Assembly: GCA_965216875.1 (NCBI GenBank) | Contig: OZ244207.1 | Span: 960,001-1,024,000, forward strand | DNA length: 64,000 nucleotides | Source of the DNA: Rubripirellula sp. | Lineage (GTDB): Bacteria; Planctomycetota; Planctomycetia; Pirellulales; Pirellulaceae | Direction: 5' to 3' | Shown: positions 1 through 9,876 of the stretch, piece after piece | Layout: the number at the start of each line of letters is the position of its first letter | How positions within the stretch are numbered: position 1 is the first letter of the stretch | The notes under the pieces: model-generated | The model's input: the letters and a program-made list of their open reading frames with translations, nothing else | Database searches by the model: none | What the model was told of the DNA's origin: nothing | Translations under genes and position numbers: made by a program

Positions 1-845
1 AGAACTTGCCTGACGGAGTTACCGCCGCCGGGATGAAGATCGCGGCCGGCAAGAGTCGCGGCATCATGCTCGTGACCGCAGACGAGGGTGCGCCGCGCGG
101 AATGTCTCAGGCACGTTTCGTTGGTACGGCAACGATCGGAGACGAAACGGTCTCGCGCCCGGTGCGTTTGGCGTCGATGGCATGGCCCGTGCCGAATGCA
201 TGGAGCGAGATTCCAGCACCGCGATTGCTGGCCGACCTTCCTGTTTCGGTTGGCGGAAGTGAAGTCGCACCGATCACCATTGCCGCGCGTGACGAAAAAG
301 TCTTTGAAGTGACGCAGGGTCAAACGCTCAAGTTGCCTTTGATCCATATGCGACGTAGCGAGTTTTCGGGTGCCAACATTTCTCTGAAAACCTTTGGAGA
401 CGGTTTTGAAAAGAACGGCGCGTTCGATGCGCCGCTGACCGCCGACGCCAGTGAGGCAGTACTTGATTTGGCCAAACTCAAGACACCGCCTGGCGAATAC
501 TTGATCGCATTTTACGGTTCGGCGGTCGCAAAGCATCGACACAATGTCGACGCGATCGCGCTGGCCGAAGCGAAGCAGAAAGACGCCCAAGCGGAAGTAG
601 CGCGTTTGTCGGCCGAGGTCGAACAATTGCTCAGCCAATCAAAACAAGCCGAGGGCGACGAAAAAGCGAAGGCCGAAAATGCGCACCGCGACGCGGTTCA
701 AAAACACAAAGCAGCCGACGCTGCGTTGAAGGCTGTGACGCGTCAAGTTGCAGCGGCGACGGCACGTGCCAAACCGAAAGACATCGTCGACATTATCGTT
801 TCCAAACCGATTGCCATTCGAGTCAAACCGGCGGAGAAGAAATGA
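1..845 (+). CDS. C-terminal part of a planctomycete protein (probably the PPC-domain/'serine protease'-annotated type found beside DUF1501 genes); starts before the window
   Basis: Open frame from the window edge with Ig-like beta segments and a C-terminal coiled coil. Its stop overlaps the next start (ATGA, 842-845). Confidence 0.6.
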   Translation, partial: NLPDGVTAAGMKIAAGKSRGIMLVTADEGAPRGMSQARFVGTATIGDETVSRPVRLASMAWPVPNAWSEIPAPRLLADLPVSVGGSEVAPITIAARDEKVFEVTQGQTLKLPLIHMRRSEFSGANISLKTFGDGFEKNGAFDAPLTADASEAVLDLAKLKTPPGEYLIAFYGSAVAKHRHNVDAIALAEAKQKDAQAEVARLSAEVEQLLSQSKQAEGDEKAKAENAHRDAVQKHKAADAALKAVTRQVAAATARAKPKDIVDIIVSKPIAIRVKPAEKK

Positions 846-2257
846 GCGGGACTCAACCACACGCAATTTGCAAAGGTCCCCAGTTGGGGCGACGCAGCTT
901 CATGCGCTTTGGACTTGCCGGATTCGGGAGCCTCTCGCTGCCCGGTCTGATGCGTTTGCGTGCCGAAAACCCCGGCGCGGTCGCTGACGAAAAAACCGCA
1001 GTGATCTTGGTTTGGAAGCCAGGGGGGTGTTCGCACTTGGATACCTATGACCCCAAGCCCGAGGCTGAAGCGGAATACCGGGGACCTTTTCGCACCATTC
1101 CAACCAGCATTCCGGGGATGCGATTCACGGAGCTGATCCCTCGCCAAGCGAAGATCGCAGACAAGTTCACGATCCTGCGTTCAATGGTCAACGGCGCCGG
1201 AGGTCATCCGGCCGGCTCGATGCAGATGTTCTCGGGTGATTCTGACACGCGTGACAAGCCAAAGCCAAAGTTGCCCGATTGGATGAGCGTCACGAATTAC
1301 CTACGGTCTCAAGAAGGGCCACGCACAAACCCGCTGCCACGCTACGTCGGCGTCAGTTCGCCCTCGACCTACAATGGGCCCGCGTACCTCGGTGATGCTT
1401 ATTCGCCATTCACCGTCACCGGCGATCCCAACGCACCGAACTTTGTGGTCCCCAACATCGGACTGACCGATCAACGCGAAGTCGCACGGCTTGATCGCCG
1501 CATTCAACTTCGGAAGAACCTCGATACACTACAGCGCGCCTTTGATACCTACGGCGAACTCGACGCGTTGGATCAATTCGAAGCGCAAGCGATGACGCTG
1601 TTGACGAATCCGAAAACCAAGGAAGCTTTCGATCTGTCAAAGGAAGACGATGCCACGCGAGATCGATATGGCCGCAATGCCTGGGGACAGCAGCTACTGC
1701 TGGCTCGGCGTCTGATCGAAGCGGGCGTCGAAGTTCTCACGACCAGTTTGCGGGGGCCATTGTGTGGTCGCGTGAACAACTGGGACGATCACGCGGTCAA
1801 TCATCACGTCTTTGATGCGTTGCGTTTTCGCGCGGATGTTTACGACCAAGCCGTTACCGCATTGATCGAGGATGTCCATGAACGAGGGCTCGACAAACGC
1901 GTACTCGTTGTCGTGACGGGCGAGTTTGGTCGGACACCAAAGATCAATTACCAACCCTCCACAGGTGCTGGCAACGCGAGTGCGGCTGCTGGTACCAAGC
2001 AACCAGGTCGTGATCACTGGCCGCGAGCCTTTTCGAATCTTTGGGCGGGCGGCGGCATCAATACCGGAGGTTTCATTGGTGCCACCGATCCTCGCGGCGA
2101 AGACGTGATCGAAAGACATCAGCGGCCAGGTGATTTCCTGGCGACGATCTATCACCACTTGGGAATCGATTCGTCCCAGGTCTTCATCGAAGACTTCAAT
2201 GGTCGACCAACCCCGATCGTCAATCACGGAAAGCCCATTCCCGAGTTGATGGGCTAA
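842..2257 (+). CDS. DUF1501 domain-containing protein
   Basis: N-terminal RRSFMR twin-arginine-like motif; family-typical GGCSHLDTYDPKP, RDRYG, WDDH, GEFGRTPKIN and GRDHWP motifs. Confidence 0.9.
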   Translation: MSGTQPHAICKGPQLGRRSFMRFGLAGFGSLSLPGLMRLRAENPGAVADEKTAVILVWKPGGCSHLDTYDPKPEAEAEYRGPFRTIPTSIPGMRFTELIPRQAKIADKFTILRSMVNGAGGHPAGSMQMFSGDSDTRDKPKPKLPDWMSVTNYLRSQEGPRTNPLPRYVGVSSPSTYNGPAYLGDAYSPFTVTGDPNAPNFVVPNIGLTDQREVARLDRRIQLRKNLDTLQRAFDTYGELDALDQFEAQAMTLLTNPKTKEAFDLSKEDDATRDRYGRNAWGQQLLLARRLIEAGVEVLTTSLRGPLCGRVNNWDDHAVNHHVFDALRFRADVYDQAVTALIEDVHERGLDKRVLVVVTGEFGRTPKINYQPSTGAGNASAAAGTKQPGRDHWPRAFSNLWAGGGINTGGFIGATDPRGEDVIERHQRPGDFLATIYHHLGIDSSQVFIEDFNGRPTPIVNHGKPIPELMG

Positions 2258-2288
2258 CGCAACACCTCAACATCGTCCTGCGAAATAC

Positions 2289-3409
2289 GTAGTGGACGAG
2301 GCCACGAGTCCCTCCCACTCATGCTCTTTGATCGAATGTTTGATGAGCTGTCTCGGGTGGATGATTTAGCCACAAAAAACACGAGAAGGCACAAAAAGAA
2401 GAAAAGTGGCGAAGGGCGAGTGCTTGAAGTGGCTCGGGTGATGAATTCATTTCTCAGTAACGAATTCTCGTACGTGCTTTTTTGTGGCTTTTCGTGTTTT
2501 TCGTGGCCAGTCTCTTTGCGCAGCGGTAGCCAGGAGTTTGGCGCGTGGCGGGACTCGTTGCCTCGTCCACTACGGGGGCGCTTCATGATTTAGCCACAAA
2601 AAACACGAGAAGGCACAAAAAGAAGAAAAGTGGCGAAGGGCGAGTGCTCGAAGTGGCTCGCGCGATGAATTCATTTCTCAGTAACGAATTCTCGTACGTG
2701 CTTTTTTGTGGCTTTTCGTGTTTTTCGTGGCCAGTCTCTTTGCGCAGCGGTAGCCAGGAGTTTGGCGCGTGGCGGGACTCGTTGCCTCGTCCACTACGGG
2801 TGCGCTTGATGGGATAGCCACAAAAAACACGAGAAGGCACAAAAGAAGAAAAGTGGCGAAGGTGGCGAGTGCTCGAAGTTGCTCGCGTGATGAGTTTCAT
2901 CTTTCAGTAACGAACTCTCGCACGTGTCTTTTTGTGGCCTTTTGTGTTTTTCGTGGCCAGTCTCTTGGCGCAATGGTGGCCAGGAGGTTGGCGCGTGGAG
3001 GGACTCGTTGCCTCGTCCACTCCGGTTGCGCTTGATGGGATAGCCACAAAAAACACGAGAAGGCACAAAAGAAGAAAAGTGGCGAAGGTGGCGAGTGCTC
3101 GAAGTTGCTCGCGTGATGAGTTTCATCTTTCAGTAACGAACTCTCGCACGTGTCTTTTTGTGGTCTTTTGTGTTTTTCGTGGCCAGTCTCTTTGGGCAAC
3201 GGTGGTCAGGAGTTTGGCGCGTGGAGGGACTCGTTGCCTCGTCCACTACGGGGGCGCTTGTTGGACGGTCGAAATGGCTCGCGTGATGATTCTCATCTTT
3301 CAGTGCCGAATTCTCACACGCATCCTTTTGTGTTTTTTGTGGCCAGTCTCTTTGCGCAGCGGTAGCGAGGAGGCTGGCGTGTGGAGGGACTCGTGGCCTC
3401 GTCCACTAC
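2289..3409. repeat. Tandem array of ~224 bp composite REP/BIME-like units (4 full + 1 partial) bounded by a perfect 27 bp inverted repeat
   Basis: Units start with TAGCCACAAAAAACACGAGAAGGCACAAAA at 2367, 2591, 2815 and 3041. GTAGTGGACGAGGCCACGAGTCCCTCC at 2289-2315 has its exact reverse complement at 3383-3409. Confidence 0.95.
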
Positions 3410-3419
3410 TTGACTTGCG

Positions 3420-4685
3420 CTACTCGGGGATCGTTTCGAGTCGAACGAGGTCGTCGAAGGTTTCGCGGCGGCGGATGAGTTTGGCTTCGCCGTTTTCGAT
3501 CAGCACTTCGGCGGCGCGTAGCTTGCTGTTGTAGTTGCTGGCCATCACGAAACCGTAGGCGCCAGCATTTTCAAGCACGACGAAGTCGCCTACCTTGGCG
3601 ATTGGTAGTTTGCGGCTGTCAACGTAGCCGCCTTCGCGTTGAGTGAAGATGTCGCCCGATTCGCATAGCGGACCGCCGATGATGCAATCGACTTCTTCGC
3701 GTGCCGACGCATCGCCGTCTTTGCCGCAAACGGAAATGGGGTGGTGAGCCCCGTACATGACTGGCCGGGCCAAGTCGTTGAAACCGGCATCAAGCAGAAC
3801 GAATAAGTTCTCGCCCATCTTCTTGACGCTTCGAACTTCAGCGACGAGGAATCCGCTCTCGGCAGTCAGGAAGCGACCAGGTTCAATCTCGAGTGACACG
3901 CGATGACCAAACGAATCGCTCAGTCGGTTGCGCGTTGCATCCCAAAGTTCAAAGTAACGATCGAGGTCCACGTAGGACTCACTGGACTGGTAAGGGACAG
4001 GCAGTCCACCACCGGCGCTGATCGTCTTGACGGTGCGGCCGACGGCGAGTGCCGCTTTTTCCATGGCTTCACAGACACCACTTAGGTGTTCAAGGTCGGT
4101 GCCCGAACCGATATGCATGTGCAATCCAGTGATCGTCACTCCCGTCTGATCGGCGCGGCGCAAACACTCATCGATCTGTTCATGCCAGATCCCGTGCTTG
4201 CTTTGAGCACCCCCGGTGTTCGTTTTCTGGCTATGGCCATGCCCAAAGCCAGGGTTGATTCGCAGCGTCACGTCGGCACCTGGCCGCCGCTCGCCGAGCT
4301 GGCTGATCATATCGGGCGAACCGCAGTTGACGTGCAGCGAATGCTCTGTGACCAAGTCGAGTGCTTCGTGGTCAAAAATGTCGGCGGTGTAAACAATCTC
4401 ATGCCCCTGCGCGGAATAGCCTGCTGCGAGGGCACGACGGATCTCTCCCGCGCTGACCGCATCAACCGCGACACCGGCCTTTCGAACCCGATCGAGAATC
4501 GCGAGGTTGCTCGACGCCTTTTGGGCGTAGCGGATCACGTCAAAGGCTTTCAGGTCTTCAATTCGCTTCTCGATGGTCTGTAGGTCGTAGACGTACAGAG
4601 GAGTTCCAAATTGAGTTGCCAGATCAAGGATCGATAGGCCAGCAATTTCGTTGCGTGCGGTGGAGAAGGAAGGGATGGTAAGCAT
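3420..4685 (-). CDS. lysA: Diaminopimelate decarboxylase
   Basis: FGTPLYVYD, YAQKA (PLP lysine), HMHIGS, IEPGR, GPLCESGD and GAYG..MASNYN motifs. Confidence 0.96.
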   Translation of the reverse strand: MLTIPSFSTARNEIAGLSILDLATQFGTPLYVYDLQTIEKRIEDLKAFDVIRYAQKASSNLAILDRVRKAGVAVDAVSAGEIRRALAAGYSAQGHEIVYTADIFDHEALDLVTEHSLHVNCGSPDMISQLGERRPGADVTLRINPGFGHGHSQKTNTGGAQSKHGIWHEQIDECLRRADQTGVTITGLHMHIGSGTDLEHLSGVCEAMEKAALAVGRTVKTISAGGGLPVPYQSSESYVDLDRYFELWDATRNRLSDSFGHRVSLEIEPGRFLTAESGFLVAEVRSVKKMGENLFVLLDAGFNDLARPVMYGAHHPISVCGKDGDASAREEVDCIIGGPLCESGDIFTQREGGYVDSRKLPIAKVGDFVVLENAGAYGFVMASNYNSKLRAAEVLIENGEAKLIRRRETFDDLVRLETIPE

Positions 4686-4846
4686 GAAAACCTGAGCCGG
4701 GCCGAGAGAGGGTAATGCGAGCCTTCCATTGTCGCTGCGAGAGCGAGTTGCTCAAGGCGTCCACCTGGACGCGGACGTTTTGGATGTGAGGCTGACGACG
4801 CAGGGGGCGACACGGTGCCCAAGAACAAGGTTCGGGCTGATTGTTC

Positions 4847-4901
4847 GTAGTACCGAGCTTTCGCCGGAGCCTTCAACCATTCCGCCTAAAGGCGGGACTA
4901 C
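4847..4901. repeat. 55 bp GTAG-type REP doublet (GTAGTACCGAGC...TTCCGCCTAAAGGCGGGACTAC)
   Basis: Same-length copies at 21913-21967, 31856-31910 and 32013-32067 (the last two inverted). Confidence 0.85.
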
Positions 4902-5200
4902 AAACGGTGCAGATGGTCGCCCTCTTGGTCCGCAAAAGGGATGTTTGGCGGACGCTACTTTCGCGGAGCGAAAGGCGACAATTAAGATCCCCCCGAATGG
5001 AAAGGTTCCGACAACAGCGCGGCGCTTTTTCGAATGCGCTTGGCTTCGAATTAGCGCCGCGCCGGTGCGGACAGTGCGGGTGCTCGGGCACGTCCCGAGG
5101 CGCTTCGCGAGCGCCTTGGCTTGAGCCGAGTGGAGGGCATCCGACGGCGGGCGATAGGCCCTTCGTCCGACGGTGATTTTGCTTGATCGCTAAGGGAAGA

Positions 5201-5782
5201 TTAAACGGTCTTATGGGTAATGACCGTCATCGTTGCTTCGACCTTCTTTCTGGGGCCTTGAGGACCTGGTCGGCGGCCGCGACGGCGACCCTGTTGGATC
5301 GGAATGAAACGGCTTTCGATGCGCTGGAGCAGCTTGCTGATGCAGAGCTTGTTGATGCTCAGGTTCAGCTCGTCGGCTTCTTCGCGCAGGGAGTCGTGTA
5401 GGCTCTTGGGAAGCCGGATCGTGATCATTCGCTCGGGCTCGGCCGAGTCACCTTTGGAGCTGTCTTGGCTGCGCATCGCGGCAACCATTTCTTGCAGTTC
5501 AGCGAACTCAGCCGATCCCTCAAACGCTCGCATCTCGTCAGCGGTCGTGAAGAGTTTTCGGACGACTCCGTCGACGCCCAGAATCTCTCGGTAGAAAATG
5601 ACCCAGCTGCCAGTTCTCGCAAATGCTTCCTGAGCAATGCGGAGTGCCTCGGCTCCTCGCTGTTCGAATGGCAGTTCGGCATTCGGGTGGGGCAGCTTCA
5701 GGCCGGGAGTCGCGTTCTCGGCTTGTTCAGGAGCTGGGTCGCTGGCGTAACGAAGGGTGGTTGTGGGGTTGGATTGATCCAT
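5201..5782 (-). CDS. HicB-like / ribbon-helix-helix DNA-binding protein
   Basis: C-terminal ITIRLPKSLHDSLREEADELNLSINKLC is an RHH/HicB-like signature, followed by a basic tail. GGA-type RBS upstream of ATG 5782. Confidence 0.7.
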   Translation of the reverse strand: MDQSNPTTTLRYASDPAPEQAENATPGLKLPHPNAELPFEQRGAEALRIAQEAFARTGSWVIFYREILGVDGVVRKLFTTADEMRAFEGSAEFAELQEMVAAMRSQDSSKGDSAEPERMITIRLPKSLHDSLREEADELNLSINKLCISKLLQRIESRFIPIQQGRRRGRRPGPQGPRKKVEATMTVITHKTV

Positions 5783-6248
5783 CGCGAGACTGTCCTTCCT
5801 TTGTTTGGAACACGCGTGGTTGGTTGACGCCGCCATCCTCTAACCCCGTCAAACCATTCGTCGTAAGCATTGCTTTCAAAGGGACTTAGGTGTATCTGCC
5901 TGGTTGCTGGGCAGGTGTGCATTCGCCGCGGGCATCGGCTCTGTGCCCAAAAAGCAGGCAGTGGCCTGGAGTGCAAGAACTAGGTGTCCAGTTGCTGGCA
6001 AGTTGCAAAAATGCTAGCTCTTCGATTCGGAAACCGCGTGTTTTGCCGCCTCAATCGCCGTCCGATTTGTTTTTGCCTCGATTTTTTTGAAAGCAAGAGG
6101 GCGATTTGGCTTCGTTCGGCAAATCGGGCGAGCGGTCTCGCGCGGGCCTGGCGATCGGATTGGGGGAGAAAACACCACTGGAGGGGTGTCGTTTGGGCTG
6201 CCCTTGGTGAGAGTGATTTGGGCGGCCGGTCAAGGGTTTGCGCGTTAG

Positions 6249-6354
6249 CACTCTCCCTTGGGAGAGTCGGGCTCTAAGGCCCGGAGAGGGTTTTTTGCAA
6301 CGGTTCATTCCCTCCCCGGACTTTGCGTCCGACCCTCCCGCAAGCGGGAGGGTG
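6249..6354. repeat. ~106 bp palindromic intergenic repeat (CACTCTCCCTTGGGAGAG...CCCTCCCGCAAGCGGGAGGGTG)
   Basis: Copies at 12367-12474 (inverted), 17350-17456, 21791-21898 and 26218-26324, plus a half copy at 48318-48364. Confidence 0.9.
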
Positions 6355-6454
6355 ATTGCTGGAACACGCGTTAGCCTGGGCAATCACCAATCCGCGGCAA
6401 TAGCGCACTGTGTTTTGGCCCCGGCCGCTTACGCGATCGCGGCTCAAGTGCGGC

Positions 6455-7579
6455 TTACGAGGAGCAGAGTTCGCAGGCTTCAACAAGTAGGTCGGAAGCC
6501 CGGTCGACCTGCTCTTGGCTGGTTGTCCAACCGAGGCTGATGCGGACCGTTTTTTGGATCTGGCTGTCACTGCGGCCGACCGCGCGAAGGGCCCGTGTGA
6601 ACTCATCGGCTGGTGACTCGCTTTGCGCGGTCGCCATCACCAAGGACCGTGCAGTTCTTTGGATCCGCTTGGCATCCAGGGGCAGTTCGATTGCGGTTGT
6701 GTTGGGGAGTCGATCGCGATCGCTGCAGAGGTCGATTGCCGACCCTGGCAGGGCGTCCATGACCCTTTCGACGAACCGGTTTCGGAGGGCGGCGAGGCTG
6801 TCGCCAGCGTCCTCGCAGCAGCGTCCGGCGAGCGACGCGGCGGCCCCGATCCCGACGCAATAAGGGATGTTTTCCGGCCCTGGGCGAAGCCCCATTTCGC
6901 GCGGTTCGCCATAGCTGATCGGGGCGATCGACAGTCCCCGTCTGACGTAGATCGCACCACTCCCCTTGGGGGCGTAGAACTTGTGGCCCGAGATCGAAAT
7001 CGTGTCGGCTCGCAGGGCCATCGCGGACACCGGGATCTTGCCGAATGCTTGGGTTGCATCGCAGTGTAAATGCACCCCCCGGTTGTGGCACGAGTCGGCG
7101 ACTTCGCGGACCGGTTGGATCGTTCCGAGGACCGGGTTGGCGAGTTGCAGGCAGGCCAACCTCGTGTCGTCTCGCAGCCGCTGGTTGAACGAGTCTGGGT
7201 CGACCAGTCCGCTTGAGTCGCAGGGGACCTGCTCGACCTCCCAGCGGTTGGAGTCGAGGCTTGCGAGGGCCGCAAGGACCGAGTCGTGCTCAAGAACACT
7301 CGTCAAAACGTGACCACCCTCGTGCTTTCTCAGCGATCCGAGGACGGCCAAGTTGTTCGCCTCTGTCCCGCCTCCGGTGAAGACAATCTCGAAGGGGTCG
7401 CAGCCGGCAAGCAGCGCGAGACCCTCACGCGCGTGCTCGAGTGCTTCATTGATCGCCTTGGCGTGCGGATGCTCCTGGCCGGGCAGCATGAAGTGGGTTG
7501 CCCAGTACGGTTGCATCGCCTCGAGAACCGAGGGGGCAACAGGTGTCGTCCGATTGAAGTCAAGGTAGATGGGCTGCAA
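6455..7579 (-). CDS. Cysteine desulfurase (NifS/IscS)-like class V aminotransferase lacking the catalytic Cys
   Basis: IYLDFNRTTP, FTGGGTEANN, EHDSV, HCDATQAFGK and SGHKFYAPKG motifs. The SxGSAC loop reads ATAQSES. Confidence 0.85.
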   Translation of the reverse strand: MQPIYLDFNRTTPVAPSVLEAMQPYWATHFMLPGQEHPHAKAINEALEHAREGLALLAGCDPFEIVFTGGGTEANNLAVLGSLRKHEGGHVLTSVLEHDSVLAALASLDSNRWEVEQVPCDSSGLVDPDSFNQRLRDDTRLACLQLANPVLGTIQPVREVADSCHNRGVHLHCDATQAFGKIPVSAMALRADTISISGHKFYAPKGSGAIYVRRGLSIAPISYGEPREMGLRPGPENIPYCVGIGAAASLAGRCCEDAGDSLAALRNRFVERVMDALPGSAIDLCSDRDRLPNTTAIELPLDAKRIQRTARSLVMATAQSESPADEFTRALRAVGRSDSQIQKTVRISLGWTTSQEQVDRASDLLVEACELCSS

Positions 7580-7974
7580 GGGTCGATGTGGGCTCGGATG
7601 GGCGGTTTGTGAGGATCATTGCGCCAGATCAGACGCCCTTGTTGGAGGGTCGAATGGCTGGCAAGACTGGGTGACCGAACGCTGATCCTCACGTTGGATC
7701 GAGGAAAGTTCGATTTTGGGGTTCGGCTGAATTCTCCGTAAAAACCCGAGTGAAACCCAACCTAGTTGGTCGCTCGGGAAAAAATAACCGGGAAAATCCA
7801 TTTCGTCGATGCGGGGATCGCGGCGGGTCTACGCGTGGCGGGGAGAAGGGAACGCATTTGCACATTTGCTATTACTTGGTGATACTGTGCCAAAATGCAA
7901 TTCTCACCGGCGACGAGCGCCGCCGCATCTCACCTGCGCTCATCAACCACTTTTCTTGTTGCCGGAGCGCGAAA

Positions 7975-9261
7975 ATGAAGCGTCAATTCAAGGGTTTTAC
8001 ATTGGTCGAGCTGTTGGTGGTGATCACCATCATCAGCATTTTGATGGGATTGTTGATCCCAGCGGTGAACGCCGCTCGGGAGGTCGCTCGTCGTAACCAG
8101 TGTTCGGTTCGCATCAAGAACCTCGCCCTGGCAGCGGTTCAACACGAAAACACCAAGGGCGTTTTCCCCTCGTATGTCACCAAATTCGGTGAGTTCCCCG
8201 CCGATGGCGCATCGGTCGGTCTCGATCGAAGCGATCCGGCCAACTACGGCGGTATGGTTCCTCGCCACGCAAAAGTCGGCGGGTTCGGTGTTGCCCTGCT
8301 GCCTTGGCTCGATGCTCAGCCAACCTACGAACACTGGACAGATGATTCGTATCCCGTAATCGCCGATAGTATGGCGACGTTGGGAACGACGATTGCGGTA
8401 GGTGCCACCAGTGCGGGAGCCGGTTTCCACACTCTCGCCTCGCCCAACCTGCCAAACTTCCAATGCCCAAGTAATCCAGTGTCCGACGCTGAATCGGGCC
8501 GAAACAGCTTCATTACTAACAATGGCTTGTGCTATTGGCGAACGATGGAAGCTGCGACCGCCAACGGAGGGACTCCTGGTGCTGTGACCAGTCACGCCCT
8601 GGCTCAAGGTGTTGGTAGCATCCAAGGCAAGAACAACGGTGTCTTCAAGCAGGGATACATTGGCGTCGACGTCGGCGGGATGGGATTTGCCGCTGGAATG
8701 GGAACGGGACCAGCCCTGACGATTGACGACATCAAGGATGGCCTCACGCACACTGCCCTTTACTCCGAAAACGTCCAAGCACTGCCATGGCACTTGCCCG
8801 GTATGCTCAACGGTGGTGCCGCACCCGGCCTGATCACCGGAACGGGTGAGATTGATGGATCGGTGATGACGCCTACCGGTGCTGCATTGGCGTTGGCACA
8901 GTTCACCAGCGGAATGGTCTGGCACTTCGAAGATGCTCAAACAGCTCTCCCCGTTCCTACTGGAATTGCTACCGACCTTGGCGACGACTCGTTCACCAAG
9001 CACCGTATCAATGGTGGCGGCGTCACAGCGTCGGACGACATCTTCACACTCCAGATGACCGCCAATAACTGCTACGACCTCGCGCGTCCTTCGTCGGCTC
9101 ACGTTGACGGTGTCAACATGGGATTCGCAGACGGCGGGACTCGCTTCGTGGCTGACTCGGTCGACACGCGTGTTTACCAAGCTCTGCTCACTCCTCGCGG
9201 TAAGAGCTCGCACGTGCCATGGCCTGAGTTTGTCTTGACCGACGAAGTGATTGGCGAGTAA
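7975..9261 (+). CDS. DUF1559 prepilin-type N-terminal cleavage/methylation protein
   Basis: KGFTLVELLVVITII N-methylation motif, AREVARRNQC, FQCPS and the C-terminal H-X9-DG motif (SAHVDGVNMGFADG). ATG at 7975. Confidence 0.93.
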   Translation: MKRQFKGFTLVELLVVITIISILMGLLIPAVNAAREVARRNQCSVRIKNLALAAVQHENTKGVFPSYVTKFGEFPADGASVGLDRSDPANYGGMVPRHAKVGGFGVALLPWLDAQPTYEHWTDDSYPVIADSMATLGTTIAVGATSAGAGFHTLASPNLPNFQCPSNPVSDAESGRNSFITNNGLCYWRTMEAATANGGTPGAVTSHALAQGVGSIQGKNNGVFKQGYIGVDVGGMGFAAGMGTGPALTIDDIKDGLTHTALYSENVQALPWHLPGMLNGGAAPGLITGTGEIDGSVMTPTGAALALAQFTSGMVWHFEDAQTALPVPTGIATDLGDDSFTKHRINGGGVTASDDIFTLQMTANNCYDLARPSSAHVDGVNMGFADGGTRFVADSVDTRVYQALLTPRGKSSHVPWPEFVLTDEVIGE

Positions 9262-9293
9262 TCGCTCGAAAGGCAACCAAGAAGAATCGACTC

Positions 9294-9326
9294 AGCGAGG
9301 CCGCAATGTTGCGGCCTCGCTTTTTT
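9294..9326 (+). terminator. Rho-independent terminator of the DUF1559 gene
   Basis: AGCGAGGCCGCAA-TG-TTGCGGCCTCGCT stem followed by a T-run. Confidence 0.85.
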
Positions 9327-9351
9327 ATGCGCCAGCGGTCAACCGATGGAA

Positions 9352-9564
9352 ACCACCTTCTGGCGAAGGTAGCGACGGGGCGCGAACGCTATGAGCCGTG
9401 ATCGCGTAAGCGGCCGGGCCCTACACTCCTAGGCCGACTACGAGGGCCCGAGGCCTGACGGCCAGCGGCTCACGGGCCTGCACGCAACGTGGATACGCTC
9501 GCCAGAGCGTGGTGTGGTAATGCGCGGCACGCCAAAACCACCACCTTCTGGCGAAGGTAGCTAC
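9352..9564. repeat. Cluster of REP-like palindromes
   Basis: ACCACCTTCTGGCGAAGGTAGC at 9352 and 9540, with an inverted copy at 31931-31955. TGAGCCGTGATCGCGTAAGCGGCCGG near 9392 has an inverted copy near 6420-6446. Confidence 0.8.
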
Positions 9565-9876
9565 GACACGCAGCTGTGTCTTTCTGGTCCTGCTCGTCGA
9601 ACCGGTTGTGCCGGTTAGCCGAAACGTGCTTGCACCGTGGTTGACTTTGGAAACTTTGGCGGCTGTTCGCTTCAGGAAATCTGTGCGGTCGCGACGATCT
9701 CTCTAGCACACAGCAGCACCCAGGATGTCGGTGCATCAACGCCACGGCCCACTTTGAGCCGCTTTGCCAGCCTTAGGCCATCGCTAGCCTTGGGCGCAGC
9801 CGCTCGGCCGTCGTTTCGCATGGATTGCGATCCTCACCTCCCAATCCATCCCGACATTCCTGAGAGCGATCGACGC

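Noticed and set aside
2289..3409. CRISPR array
   Set aside because: The period is ~224 bp, the sequences between the conserved motifs are homologous rather than unique spacers, and there are no cas genes in the window.
2254..3534. Short ORFs within the tandem array
   Set aside because: They are translations of the repeat in shifting frames, with no RBS or consistent frame across units.
7620..7974. c-di-GMP riboswitch upstream of the prepilin-like gene
   Set aside because: No GEMM core (GGCAAAC...GAAA...GACGCAAA) was found.
7930..9276. 448 aa antisense ORF over the DUF1559 gene (likewise 13932-15449, 23254-24429, 44524-45645)
   Set aside because: These are shadow ORFs expected opposite GC-rich genes with strong codon bias, and they show no protein motifs.
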